Of a stretch of 64,000 nt of DNA, positions 9,621 through 19,855 are shown one piece after another. The notes beneath the pieces are model-generated. The model searched no databases. It worked only from the letters and a program-made list of their open reading frames with translations, and was not told the origin of the DNA. The position numbers and the translations under genes were made by a program. Each line of letters starts with the position of its first letter. Position 1 is the stretch's first letter. Source of the DNA: Giardia intestinalis (lineage: Eukaryota); NCBI GenBank assembly GCA_000002435.2, contig CM018792.1; one strand, written 5' to 3'.

Positions 9621-11498
9621 CTACTTAGTGCTCTTGGGTGCACGGTGCTTTGGCATGGTCTCTACTCCGGCTATGCGTGCAGCAAATTTGAGAGAGCTTA
9701 CAGCCTCCTGGTAGTTGCTCTCCTCTGGGGCCAGAGTGACAACGACCATTGTCTTGCTGTCCCCGGAGAGCGATGGCTGCAATATACTTGTTAGTTTAGA
9801 GTCTCTATAAGGAACATGAGGGGTCTTTGTAACCAGACTACATATAACACTAGAAAGTGCAGTTAGTGACTTGTTGATAGCAATTGCCTCTGCAAGGCGC
9901 TCTTCCTTTGCCCCGCTCTTCTCGACATTCTCGCTCCCAGCCAGATCTATGAGATTGAGCTGTCCGTGCAATTGCTGATTGTGTTCTTCGTTAGACGCGT
10001 TGATGTCCAGCTGAAAAATCGCATGTGAACGTGACGAGCGCGCATTCATATCCGTAGAACCAACTGCCCTATTATCAAAAGCTTGGCATAGGAGCCAGTT
10101 GAGCTCTTCTGGTGATGCTACATTTTTCTTGAAGAGGTTGTCGACGTATGCGTTCCCATTAGCATCTCGCATTATCTGGCACTTCTTCCCCGTGTTGCTG
10201 CCTGACTTTTGAACAAGAAGATCCTGTACTGTGTCATTGTATATCTCAAAGAATGAGGCGGTTAGCTCGTACGACCACTTATCCCGCGCCGTCTCACTAG
10301 CAAACAGGAAGATCTGCTCTACTGCACGAGGCATGATGCCCTTGTCTTCCGGAGCCATGGTTGCCCACGATCCAGAGCTAGGACCAAGCATTGTATGTGT
10401 TTTACCCGAAGCTGTCTGGCCATAAGCAAATATGCAGACTCTGAAGCCATCTAGTGCCGACTGCACTAACTCACTGACATCGTTCCAGATGTCCTGCTGT
10501 GTTGCATCCATGGAGTACACTCGGTCAAATTCATAAGAATGCTCTGCTCTTCTGACCTTCATGCCATCAAGTGATTTTTCTGCTCTACCAAAGAGTGAAA
10601 TTAGCCGCTTATCTGTTGCACTATCTGGGAACTCAAACCGTATGCCGCCATCTGTACCACCTGGAGACGTGACAGCCGTACTGGGTCGGAGCCGAACCGC
10701 AACACGAATGGCGCCTCGCAGATCTTGTATAATGTTGTGAAGCCGTCGGCGTTCTTGCATATCTAATTGACGCTGAGCGAGAAGGTGGCGTGTTTCTTCA
10801 CGCAGCTCTTCTAGCTGAGCGACTATGGTCCCCTTCTCCTGAGAGGATGTGGCCAAGTGTGTCTCCATCATGCGCTCCCGCTCCAGAAGCCTCTGGTTGT
10901 CGTCTTTCAACGTTGCATTTGTGGCCTGTAATACAGCTATTTGTTCCTGCAAACTTTCTACGTCCACGTTACCAATGGCCAACAGTTTGGTGTGCTCGGT
11001 CTGGAGTTCAGTAAGCCGTTGCACCATGCTTGCCAGCTGTTGCTCCAAAGCATCCTTCTCAGCTGTTAAATTACATGTTACCTGTTCTTGAGCCCGAAGT
11101 TGTCCTTTAAGCCTGGCAATCTCATCATTAGCTCTATCGGATAGTTGAATAAGGGGTCTAGAAAAGTCTGTCGCATTCAGCTGTTCAATAAGCGCTTTTG
11201 CCTTGGAGTTTGTGGTCACCGCATCCTCTGTCGTCTTCATGATGTCTCGTAAAGCTTGCTTCTTACTCCCCCTGGTAGAATGCCTATCATGCTCAATGCT
11301 GTGAATTTCACTCAAAGATGCTCCAGCTAGGGTCTTTGTGGCAGTCTTGCCTAGGGTACTCATCATCTTTGCTGTCTTGTGAGAAAATAGAGCTTGACTT
11401 GACTTCTTCATGACCGACGGACTTACACCGGATTCCCTGGTTTCGCTACGCACGCCACTTTCTACAAAAGAGCGAGATCCGCGGAGCGAATTCGGCAT
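9621..11498 (-). CDS. Kinesin-14 (C-terminal motor kinesin)
   Basis: N-terminal coiled coil. The kinesin-14 neck signature is RRLHNIIQDLRGAIRVAVRLRP. Motor motifs are YGQTASGKTHTM (P-loop), SSRSH (switch I) and LIDLAGSE (switch II). The ATG was verified at 11496-98. Confidence 0.85.
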   Translation of the reverse strand: MPNSLRGSRSFVESGVRSETRESGVSPSVMKKSSQALFSHKTAKMMSTLGKTATKTLAGASLSEIHSIEHDRHSTRGSKKQALRDIMKTTEDAVTTNSKAKALIEQLNATDFSRPLIQLSDRANDEIARLKGQLRAQEQVTCNLTAEKDALEQQLASMVQRLTELQTEHTKLLAIGNVDVESLQEQIAVLQATNATLKDDNQRLLERERMMETHLATSSQEKGTIVAQLEELREETRHLLAQRQLDMQERRRLHNIIQDLRGAIRVAVRLRPSTAVTSPGGTDGGIRFEFPDSATDKRLISLFGRAEKSLDGMKVRRAEHSYEFDRVYSMDATQQDIWNDVSELVQSALDGFRVCIFAYGQTASGKTHTMLGPSSGSWATMAPEDKGIMPRAVEQIFLFASETARDKWSYELTASFFEIYNDTVQDLLVQKSGSNTGKKCQIMRDANGNAYVDNLFKKNVASPEELNWLLCQAFDNRAVGSTDMNARSSRSHAIFQLDINASNEEHNQQLHGQLNLIDLAGSENVEKSGAKEERLAEAIAINKSLTALSSVICSLVTKTPHVPYRDSKLTSILQPSLSGDSKTMVVVTLAPEESNYQEAVSSLKFAARIAGVETMPKHRAPKSTK

Positions 11499-11544
11499 GG
11501 GAAATCAAAAGTTTTAGCAAAGTTTTAGATCTGGGAATTTACTA

Positions 11545-13968
11545 TCACTTGTCCAACTTCTTCAGCAGCTCACTGTTTTCACGCGTAAGACGCTTAACTG
11601 TATTCATTAGCTCTGTACGCGCAGCTATGGAGTAGATCTCTCCCTGAGGCATGCCTTCTACCTCAAAACTATAGAGAAAATCGTCAATTCGAATCCTTTT
11701 ATAGTCAAGCATGTAGAATGCTCTGATCATTCCGAAGAGCTCCATAAACGCTCTGAGCCGCTTTTCCTTGTCCTCTGCATGGTTGACGCCAATCTTGACT
11801 CTTCTTCGACTTTCATTAGCAAAGATTGAAAGCGTACTCGACGAATTGGGTAGTGGTACGGGATTTAGAATATATCGTATCAATGATATTGTGCTTATTT
11901 CGGCCATAACATTCCTCTCAATGGATGCATCACGTGACTGATCCCCTTTCGCAAACACATCTGAGAGTGCTGCATACTCCTTGGTAAGCTTCCCAAACTT
12001 TTCCTTAAGTACCTGGTATTCCATATATACTTTTCTAAACTCTTCTACAGTAAGCCCGCTATCCTTTTCACTTTGTTTGTATAACAGATCCCTCTCTTGA
12101 CGCAACCGATCTGCGTCTTCCTTTAGTGCACAGTTCTTGTCTGTCAGTTTCCTATTTTCTGCTTTCAAAATGATATTAGATTTTTGTAACTCTGCAATGG
12201 TACGTTGCATAGTGTCTTGCCTCGTCTCCATCTCCTTGATAAGAAGAGTGAGACTGCTTTCCTTTTTGTCCATCTCGAGCTTTAGCTGCTCCGCTACTTC
12301 GACAGACATATGTGTGGCAGAAGTTAAGGCGGTCGTAATTCCACTAGCAGCTGTGGAAGAGCTGATGAGTTGATCTATGTTACCATCTGGCCGGCTACTC
12401 TTGTTCAGCTCGGCACGAAGCTTCTCGTTTTCATTCTTCAGTGCCATATATGCGGAGACAGAGACATTGGGTACCGATTGGAGACTTGCTTCCTCTAGAG
12501 TACGCTGGGTTGCGTGTAGCTGCTCAGATTTTTGGATGACTTCCTTTTCCAATGCATCTATTCTTTCCAGCAAGCGTTCATAGGCCAAAGGTAGCTCTGT
12601 TTGAAGAGCGGAACTAGACGGTGTACCAGGAGAAGTGTAGCTTTTTTGTCCATGTTCATGCAGATGCGTACGTGTTCCCTTCTCTTTTGTGGTGATGCTG
12701 CCGTTCCTGGTTGCATCAGGTGACTCTCCCGTGCTACCAGACTCTAGCGTGCTATTCCCCAGAGATGCCAAAGCAGCCACACTGAGAGGCGACTCTTCAA
12801 ATAGTTGCTTACAGTTCAAACAGATCGCTTTTCCATTTAGAAACCGGGACATAGTCATCGCCAGCTCATTTATAAAGTTCTTTACCTGGCGCAATGTCTC
12901 GTTAGACTCATTAATCCCGTTCATAATGTAATCCTGATCAGACTTGGCGTGAAATGAGAGCTGAAGAAGTTCGGTGAGCATGTGGATGGGGTCTTCTGCT
13001 AGACTAGTGGCCTGTGGTTTGGCATGTGACTCATCTCGACCCGAATTGAGGCGCATTAAAGAGTCAGATTGATTTAGACGCGTGCTGTTGTGTGGACTAT
13101 GTAACTCTGTAATAAGCTGATCTTGAATGCAGTCTCTAACCAGTGCGCTGGCAGCGGAGTAAGTTACCTCGTCAAGAGAAAGGTCTTGCAACAACGTGTC
13201 GTTGTGGGCTATTAGCGTCAAGAAAATGTGCCGCTGTACAGTCCTGTTGGGAGACGAATCCATGGAGAATCTGTGTGGGCATGTTATAATGTGGTCATTA
13301 TATAATTTAAATAGGGTATCTGAAAATGTGCAGCCCTTCTGTGCATAAGGACAGCGGGTTATCAATCTTGTTTGTGTTTCTTCTAAAAGTATGGCGTCAA
13401 CTAGGGCCAGACCTATTCTGTCTGTACAAGCAGGGCACGAAAAAGATCGCTGATCAATGGAGGCAACCCCCTTCTCAATGCAAGTGGAACATACAACGTG
13501 GGTGCACGGATAGATAATTATGGGCACAAACAGGATCTCTTTGCAATGAGCACATCGAGCTAGGGAAGCCTCGGTGTCATGCGATTCTGATAGTAAAGCA
13601 TCATGCTTTAAAGGACCAGAAGAAAGAGACATGGGATCTGCTCCTTCTTGATTCAGAGGTACTCCAGCTGAGGTAGTACATTCACTAGAAACAACCGTTT
13701 CCGTATTTAACGCCACAGGTTGCACATCCCCCCTCAGATGGTAAAGCAAATAGTCGTTTGGGAGCATGATCAGTGGGTTGAACCTACCATCATTGAGTAG
13801 GCAAACGAAGTATTTGAGGACTTGGGATAGATGAGCCATCACTTGCTGGTCCACTTCAAAAGTCCGAATGGCTCCCGTGCATTTCATGATAAGAGTCTGA
13901 ATACAATGGGACTCGACGTTACTATCGCCTTCTATCCCTAGTGCAGACAAAATACCGAATGCAGACAT
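11545..13968 (-). CDS. RING-finger / TRAF-type zinc-finger coiled-coil protein (putative E3 ligase)
   Basis: C3HC4 RING CAHCKEILFV...YPCTHVVCSTCIE...FSCPACTD, followed by a C/H-rich element RCPYAQKGCTFSD...HIITCPHRF and ~400 aa of coiled coil. The track start at 14046 is TTG; the first ATG is at 13968 (MSAFGIL...), so the start is uncertain. Confidence 0.55.
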   Translation of the reverse strand: MSAFGILSALGIEGDSNVESHCIQTLIMKCTGAIRTFEVDQQVMAHLSQVLKYFVCLLNDGRFNPLIMLPNDYLLYHLRGDVQPVALNTETVVSSECTTSAGVPLNQEGADPMSLSSGPLKHDALLSESHDTEASLARCAHCKEILFVPIIIYPCTHVVCSTCIEKGVASIDQRSFSCPACTDRIGLALVDAILLEETQTRLITRCPYAQKGCTFSDTLFKLYNDHIITCPHRFSMDSSPNRTVQRHIFLTLIAHNDTLLQDLSLDEVTYSAASALVRDCIQDQLITELHSPHNSTRLNQSDSLMRLNSGRDESHAKPQATSLAEDPIHMLTELLQLSFHAKSDQDYIMNGINESNETLRQVKNFINELAMTMSRFLNGKAICLNCKQLFEESPLSVAALASLGNSTLESGSTGESPDATRNGSITTKEKGTRTHLHEHGQKSYTSPGTPSSSALQTELPLAYERLLERIDALEKEVIQKSEQLHATQRTLEEASLQSVPNVSVSAYMALKNENEKLRAELNKSSRPDGNIDQLISSSTAASGITTALTSATHMSVEVAEQLKLEMDKKESSLTLLIKEMETRQDTMQRTIAELQKSNIILKAENRKLTDKNCALKEDADRLRQERDLLYKQSEKDSGLTVEEFRKVYMEYQVLKEKFGKLTKEYAALSDVFAKGDQSRDASIERNVMAEISTISLIRYILNPVPLPNSSSTLSIFANESRRRVKIGVNHAEDKEKRLRAFMELFGMIRAFYMLDYKRIRIDDFLYSFEVEGMPQGEIYSIAARTELMNTVKRLTRENSELLKKLDK

Positions 13969-14163
13969 GAAAATCCAGAACCCTGTCGATCTATTTTTAA
14001 CTTTGGAATTTGCCTTTCTGTCTTTCGCTTTTTGGATGTCCTTCAATCTTATTTCAAAGAGCTCTCAAACATGTACGCGTCCGCTGGCAACCTTTTAGGA
14101 TACGTTAGTCTGGTCACAAATCTTTAGCATCAAATTTGAGTGTCTGGCTTGCATAGAGAAAAA

Positions 14164-14664
14164 ATGGCGCTCAGCTCGTCCCAAGTAGCCATTCTGAAGG
14201 AAGTCTTTTATATTTATGAAGATCCCGCTAAGCGTAGTGGTCCTGTTCGGGATGATAGTGTAGACCCTACTGGACGAATACGAAAGTCTGACCTTCTCCG
14301 CTTCCTACGTGCTCTGGGGTTGCCATTTACTCTTAAAGATGTTGCTGATTATACTAGTCAATACTCAATAACTGGTAACTCTATATCGTTTACGGATGCT
14401 GTTACATTGGTGACGGCTTGGAAGCGCTCCAGCCACCCTGATCCCTCTGATGCCGTCTCTGTCATCTTCAATGCATGTACTCCACGAGACGGTGTAATTA
14501 CAATTCAAAAGTTGAAATCTGTCATTTGCAGTTCAGCCTTGGAAGATGGCATCACGCCTATGGACTTTGATCTTTTGATCTCCGATCACGGGTTTTCTGG
14601 GAATTCAGTGCTTACGCTCCCGGATCTCGTGAAGCTTCTTGGGCCTCCTACTCCGTTGATATAG
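14164..14664 (+). CDS. Small EF-hand-like (calmodulin / light-chain-like) protein, probably with degenerate Ca-binding loops
   Basis: The track start at 14140 is GTG; an ATG lies at 14164 after an A-rich leader. LKEVFYIYED...GRIRKSDLLRFLRALGLPFTLKDV resembles the EF-hand pairs of myosin or calmodulin light chains. Confidence 0.35.
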   Translation: MALSSSQVAILKEVFYIYEDPAKRSGPVRDDSVDPTGRIRKSDLLRFLRALGLPFTLKDVADYTSQYSITGNSISFTDAVTLVTAWKRSSHPDPSDAVSVIFNACTPRDGVITIQKLKSVICSSALEDGITPMDFDLLISDHGFSGNSVLTLPDLVKLLGPPTPLI

Positions 14665-14692
14665 AACCTTTGTTAAACCTAAAAAGTAAACG

Positions 14693-16291
14693 ATGGACGA
14701 GAACGGCCGTAAAATACGTCCGTTCCCGCCCACGGGAATAGGTGCAGACTCTCGGCAAGGATCCATTAGTAGCACAGGACCAGGACAGCGGTCACGGGGT
14801 GCATGGCCCCACGTTTCTCAATACTCTACCACATATCCAGATGCTGCTTCTGCCTCCCTTTGCAACCCCTATCAGACGAACTTTACGTCATCTCAAGCTG
14901 GGCAACCCAGATATTCAGAGCACAGCGTCTATCCTAATACTCTAATTTGGACCCCTTCTACCAGCTCTTTGAATCAGGAAATACCCAATGTTGAGCAGCA
15001 GCAACAGCAGCAGTACGTGCCAAAAGATCGAACAGCTCTTCCACGACACTCCTTGCAGCCAGGTCAATCACATTTTGTGGGGCCTTTTCAAGATCCATCA
15101 TCCTATACAATCTCGTCATTTGAGAACAATCCACAGTTTCAACCGAATAACCCCAGTGCATATCCACAGTCTCAGACACCGATAAGTAACATTATCACAC
15201 AGACCCCCAGTCTAATGTATCATCCCCAAGCCTATGTCCCCGTGCCATCCATGTCCATGCCTCCGCAGTTGTACTCACACCCCCCTGCCTTGGCTGACCA
15301 GCAATCGATCGGCTATGACACAATTAGTATGGGATCCGTGCAGCCAGTTGCGTCCAATTCCTTGATACAAGAGATTCTTGCCCGCATGCGAATTCTTTAC
15401 ACCTCTCTCTTTAATCTATACACAAATTCTAATAAGGTTATGCTAGCATATCGGAATTCTCAGGTGTTTCAGGTATATTACGACATATCTATGACGATGT
15501 GGTATCTTGGGAAGACTACTTCAGAGATAATTCAGCTAATCACTAGTTCTATCGCGTCCTCGTCAACGTTGCCTCTTTCCATGGACGCAAATTTGGGCCT
15601 TGGCAGCACCTCAAATTCTATATCTCGCTTGGCAAATCCTCGGACCAAGGAGGACTCTGTAATAGAGACGGAGCCCAAGGCCACTATCGACGCCTTTGCC
15701 TCAATCATCACCCATACAAAAGACTTTCTTGGATCAGACCCGGTTTATCCGCATGCAGAAATTACATTCGAAAAGAAGTCCACTGAGGACCGGATTGCAG
15801 AGTTAGAGTCTAACTTACGAAGGATGATTAAGCACATCTATGGCGAATTAGACGTTGATGCAGTGCTGGAAGCAGCCGGGTTAGCCTCGCTTGTTGCCGA
15901 GAAGGCTACCCCTAGTGCAACTATAGGTTATCTCACAGGAGCTGATGAGGAACCGGTTTATTCTAAGGATGTCCTCTTGGCAATGGATAAGAGCCAATTG
16001 GTAGAACGGATAGAGGCGCAGAATGCAATCATTGACACTCTACGACACACTTTTAGTCTAGTAACTGCAAATATTACGACGCTATCTCGAGCCTCAGTTC
16101 CTTCGAACGCGATGGGCGCGACTGATGAGCTGAGCAATACTACACCACCTGCTGTCAGCACATTAATGAAACAGTTAACTGAGCGCACTACGCAGTTGGC
16201 ATCTGCCCAGAGACGGCTCTTGACAGCAGAAGCAGAGCTACGGTGCCTTAGAGCTGAACGTGAGCAGCAGCACCCAGTGTCTACAAGCTAG
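14693..16291 (+). CDS. Q/P/S-rich hypothetical protein with a C-terminal coiled coil
   Basis: ATG start. A low-complexity Q/P/S-rich N-terminal half (including EQQQQQQYVP) is followed by a heptad-like C-terminus (RIAELESNLRRMIKHIY...; LTAEAELRCLRAEREQQ). Confidence 0.45.
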   Translation: MDENGRKIRPFPPTGIGADSRQGSISSTGPGQRSRGAWPHVSQYSTTYPDAASASLCNPYQTNFTSSQAGQPRYSEHSVYPNTLIWTPSTSSLNQEIPNVEQQQQQQYVPKDRTALPRHSLQPGQSHFVGPFQDPSSYTISSFENNPQFQPNNPSAYPQSQTPISNIITQTPSLMYHPQAYVPVPSMSMPPQLYSHPPALADQQSIGYDTISMGSVQPVASNSLIQEILARMRILYTSLFNLYTNSNKVMLAYRNSQVFQVYYDISMTMWYLGKTTSEIIQLITSSIASSSTLPLSMDANLGLGSTSNSISRLANPRTKEDSVIETEPKATIDAFASIITHTKDFLGSDPVYPHAEITFEKKSTEDRIAELESNLRRMIKHIYGELDVDAVLEAAGLASLVAEKATPSATIGYLTGADEEPVYSKDVLLAMDKSQLVERIEAQNAIIDTLRHTFSLVTANITTLSRASVPSNAMGATDELSNTTPPAVSTLMKQLTERTTQLASAQRRLLTAEAELRCLRAEREQQHPVSTS

Positions 16292-16411
16292 CTTTGCTGA
16301 CGAGAAAGTGCTTATCATGACATGCATGATTATCTAGTATAGCTGTATCAGCAGTACTGTTAGGTTCTTCTTGTATCATGGAAAGAAGGCGGTTGGTAAA
16401 AAATAATTGTT

Positions 16412-17818
16412 ATGGCCAGTCGTCAGACTCAGTTTGCCTTAGAGAAAATGGTACCAGAGTTCACCGCATACAAGCGGGCTAAGGTGTTCCAGCCAGAGGA
16501 GTTGGTCAAACTCGTTCGTCGGCGAAAGGAATTTGAAGAAAAACTTAATGCAGATCTGCCCCCCTTAAGGCTCTTCCTCCAGTATATTATGCATCTGCAC
16601 TCTACATACAAGCTTGCGGCAGATCGATGGGTACAGCTAGGAAACTCGAAAGAGGAGCTATTTGAGGAGGCCCGGAGTGTTTATGTTAGGGCAAGCGGAG
16701 TAGTGGATCTCGCCATTAGACGTTATAGAGGGAACCCAGAAGCGTGGCAGGCTCTTCTAGAGCTACTTGGACGTATCAAAATGTTGGATAAGCGAGCCAC
16801 TGTTGCTCAGCTTTATCTGCAGACTTTTCCATCAGATGCCGAGCCTTGGATCTTGGCGGCCCATATTGCTGAAGAGACTGAGGGCGTCACTCATGCACGT
16901 AGTATTTACCAGCAGGCAGTCAAGTCGATTGGCTTACTCTCCGGAGTCACACTGAATGGCCGATACCATGGATCGGGACGCTCAGGAATCGCCAACACAG
17001 AAACAAACAAGCGCATTGTTGAGGTTGCTATCCGCAGGAAATTGGATTCTGTTCGAGCAAGTACAGACCCCCAATTGATGCTGTCTCCCTGGAAGCGATA
17101 TTCTTCACTTATCATCAATTGGGCCTGCTTCGAGGTGCGGCATATAGCAGCGTTACGCGGAAAACACAACGAGAAAAACTACCTCTCTGATTACATCATT
17201 GATAAAAGATTTGATGGGTCTCCATATATGCAGAAGATACTTCAAGGGGAATTGGTTGCCATCGTCCTGAGACGAGGAATTATCGCCGCCTTAAGTGTTA
17301 CTAAGCTACCAGGCATACCCGATAGCATTGAATTTGATCTTCTAAGTGCGTATGAGCAGGGGAAAATGCCATACCTAGATCACCCGACAGAGTATAGAGC
17401 GATTTGCTACACGAGTATTGACAGGATATTGAGCTCTCCACTTGTTGAGGCCTTTCTGAAAGATGTGTATGAAGCACTAGAGCCCATTTGTGTGCAGAAC
17501 AAATGGGTGTCTTGGTGGACCGATAGAGTGCTGAATTGGGCTCTGCAGAAGACAGCGGCAACGCTTCAAAGAGCCATTGAAACAGAGGAGCTTTCTGTTT
17601 TGAAGAGGTATCAGGTTGAGACCAGCGCTGTTCATCAGTCTGCGTTTGACTGGTTAAGACATCTTAATAACGATGATTATAGTAACGATCCGCTCAGAAA
17701 TGTAGCTGATTCTATCTCCCTGGAGGACCTTCAGCGTTTGCAGGAGAGGATCAGCACTGCAATGTTAGACTTGACCGAGACACAACACAAAGACCTCGAT
17801 GTACAAAATCTCGAATAG
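16412..17818 (+). CDS. UTP6: Utp6-like HAT-repeat protein (U3 snoRNP / SSU processome component)
   Basis: The N-terminus MASRQTQFALEKMVPEFTAYKRAKVFQPEELVKLVRRRKEFEEKLNADLPPLRLFLQYIMHLH matches the conserved Utp6 N-domain pattern: vQ..LE.mvPEle.lerkg.F...Ei..i..kR..FEykL.rr...k.dfl.YI. HAT/TPR-like repeats follow. Confidence 0.6.
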   Translation: MASRQTQFALEKMVPEFTAYKRAKVFQPEELVKLVRRRKEFEEKLNADLPPLRLFLQYIMHLHSTYKLAADRWVQLGNSKEELFEEARSVYVRASGVVDLAIRRYRGNPEAWQALLELLGRIKMLDKRATVAQLYLQTFPSDAEPWILAAHIAEETEGVTHARSIYQQAVKSIGLLSGVTLNGRYHGSGRSGIANTETNKRIVEVAIRRKLDSVRASTDPQLMLSPWKRYSSLIINWACFEVRHIAALRGKHNEKNYLSDYIIDKRFDGSPYMQKILQGELVAIVLRRGIIAALSVTKLPGIPDSIEFDLLSAYEQGKMPYLDHPTEYRAICYTSIDRILSSPLVEAFLKDVYEALEPICVQNKWVSWWTDRVLNWALQKTAATLQRAIETEELSVLKRYQVETSAVHQSAFDWLRHLNNDDYSNDPLRNVADSISLEDLQRLQERISTAMLDLTETQHKDLDVQNLE

Positions 17819-18853
17819 TGTAAAGTAAATCCCTCTGGGTTTAAGGATTTTGTACGCGCCCGTTAAGATATTAGCGGAAAGAAATGCCCACTGCCCTCGG
17901 ACAGGTGGGACTGAGTCATGAGGGCAATGTACGGTGAGGATCCAACAGCAGTATGTTGTTGCCAACAAAAGAAACACAACAGCGGGAGACATAAAATGGG
18001 CATTGACACCCGCCTGGGATGGGAAGTAGAAGAGACAAAGTAGGACTAGGATCATTAGATGTTTCAGGTTCTTATTAGAATGATCTTGGGCTATTGTGAA
18101 TATAAGCTGCGTGAGCACATGTAGCGGGAAGTACCCTAGCAGCGCAGCCCATGGTCCTGCAAATCTCAGTACTGGGTTCTGCGGATAAAATGATAAAATC
18201 ACCTGGTTTAATCCCATCAATGTACCTATACATAATAGGCTTTGGGTTCTTTTTAGACGCTTTGCCAGGAAACCGAGGACGCGCACCAAAAGCATTGTTA
18301 GAAAGGAGTTCCAATATGGACCGTACTCTTCCTTATCAGCGCCTGGAAGATAGAAGCCAATACAAACCCGCACGATCCCTGCAACTAAAAGATATAGTTG
18401 TCCCTTCCAGTATGGACAAGAGCGATTGATAGAGCTCAGTGAATCACTAATTATGAAGTAACCTAGACCTGTATCCATTAAGCTTAACTGGCCTGCTTCC
18501 CAAGTGCTTTTTCTATGTTTTGCTGGAAGAATTCCCGTATCAATCTCATGAATACAGACGGCCGTAAAGCCAAGGGTTGCTAATCTTAATGCTCGTCTAA
18601 AGTTACTGGAAGTAGAGGCGGTTGCAATTTCAGTTCCTGTACAGTGCGATCGAAAGTACCTGGTTACCGCATATAACGCTATACATTCAATGGCTCCCCC
18701 ATAGGAGGAAAGTAGTGTCAGAGTTACAAGAACGCAGAGCCGTCCGCGAGGAGCAACTAGAACGACCATGTATCCAGAGATCACAGTAGTTATTGTGTCA
18801 ACAGTCTTAAGTACCGGTGGAGAAACGTATAACAAGGAACCTACCCACGCCAT
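17765..18853 (-). CDS. Multi-pass membrane protein, GWT1/PIG-W-like (GPI inositol acyltransferase) candidate
   Basis: About 10 predicted transmembrane segments. The motif EEYGPYWNSFLTMLL resembles the conserved EYGvHWNFFfTL box of GWT1/PIG-W. The ATG was verified. Its 3' end overlaps the convergent Utp6 CDS by 54 nt. Confidence 0.45.
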   Translation of the reverse strand: MAWVGSLLYVSPPVLKTVDTITTVISGYMVVLVAPRGRLCVLVTLTLLSSYGGAIECIALYAVTRYFRSHCTGTEIATASTSSNFRRALRLATLGFTAVCIHEIDTGILPAKHRKSTWEAGQLSLMDTGLGYFIISDSLSSINRSCPYWKGQLYLLVAGIVRVCIGFYLPGADKEEYGPYWNSFLTMLLVRVLGFLAKRLKRTQSLLCIGTLMGLNQVILSFYPQNPVLRFAGPWAALLGYFPLHVLTQLIFTIAQDHSNKNLKHLMILVLLCLFYFPSQAGVNAHFMSPAVVFLLLATTYCCWILTVHCPHDSVPPVRGQWAFLSANILTGAYKILKPRGIYFTLFEILYIEVFVLCLGQV

Positions 18854-18928
18854 TTCTATTGCTCACTGACTGTAGAGAGCAGACTGTTTAGCCTAGAACC
18901 ATATTATTCAGTAGTCAAGTTCACTCAA

Positions 18929-19855
18929 TCAGGGGGCACCTGACCCCAGGGCGGCCCGCAGGCCCGCGACCTCCCCCCGGAGCCGGGCGACCTCGTCCTC
19001 CAGGGCCTTGAAGCGCAGGGCCGTCGCGACCGCAGGCGCCCCGCCCTCTGCGTCGAGGAGCTCCACGAGGGCCGCGGCGGTGAGGCGGCGCTCCGGCTCC
19101 AGGACGAGGAGGTGGGCGAGGACGCCCCGGACGACGGGGTCCCCGACCGCGCCCAGGTCCGGCCGCCAGCCCGCGACGTAGACCTCCGCGGGGGCCCGCC
19201 CGGAGAGGAACGGGGGCCTGCCGCCCGCCGCGAGCTCGTAGGCGACCATCCCGAGGCTCCACATGTCCGCGGCCGGCGTGTGGCTCCCGCCCCGCAGGAC
19301 CTCCGGCGCGGCGTAGACGGGGACGGCCATGGAGGCGAGCCCCCCGGGGCCCTCCCTGCAGAGCCCGAAGTCGGAGATGGCGAACTCCGCCCCGGCCTCG
19401 TCGAGGAGGACGTTCGCGGGCCGCAGGTCGCAGTGCGTGAGGGCGGGGAGCGGGGCGCCCGCGGCGTCGGTCTTCCCGGGCCGGTGGAGGTAGGCGAGCC
19501 CCGCGCCCACCTGGCGGAGGACGGCGACGACCATCTCGCGCGGGGCGAGCTGCCTTCTGCGGCGGAGGCTCCGGATGGCCCCGTCGAGGGAGCCTGCGTA
19601 GCGCCGCATCTCGACGTAGATGTAGCCCTCGTGCCGGACGACGCGCCCGTACTCGACGACGTTCGGGTGGCGGAGGCGCGGGAGGGTCCGGAGCTCGAGC
19701 TCGAGCGAGGCCTGCGCGTCGGGGGGCAGCCCGTCGGTCGGGATCTCCTTGACCGCCCGGTCGGGGGCGCTCTTCAGGCCGTAGACGGTCCCGTGGGCCC
19801 CGCTCCCGAGCTCTGCGCCCAGGTCTTCGAGGAGGGCGTCGATGGCCTCGGACAT
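18929..19855 (-). CDS. NEK-like Ser/Thr protein kinase with a C-terminal coiled coil; extremely GC-rich
   Basis: GSGAHGTVY (Gly loop), AVKEI (VAIK), HCDLRPANVLL (catalytic loop), SDFGL (DFG), APE, DMWSLG, then LEDEVARLRGEVAGLRAAL. ATG at 19853-55. Codon third positions are almost all G/C. Confidence 0.7.
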   Translation of the reverse strand: MSEAIDALLEDLGAELGSGAHGTVYGLKSAPDRAVKEIPTDGLPPDAQASLELELRTLPRLRHPNVVEYGRVVRHEGYIYVEMRRYAGSLDGAIRSLRRRRQLAPREMVVAVLRQVGAGLAYLHRPGKTDAAGAPLPALTHCDLRPANVLLDEAGAEFAISDFGLCREGPGGLASMAVPVYAAPEVLRGGSHTPAADMWSLGMVAYELAAGGRPPFLSGRAPAEVYVAGWRPDLGAVGDPVVRGVLAHLLVLEPERRLTAAALVELLDAEGGAPAVATALRFKALEDEVARLRGEVAGLRAALGSGAP

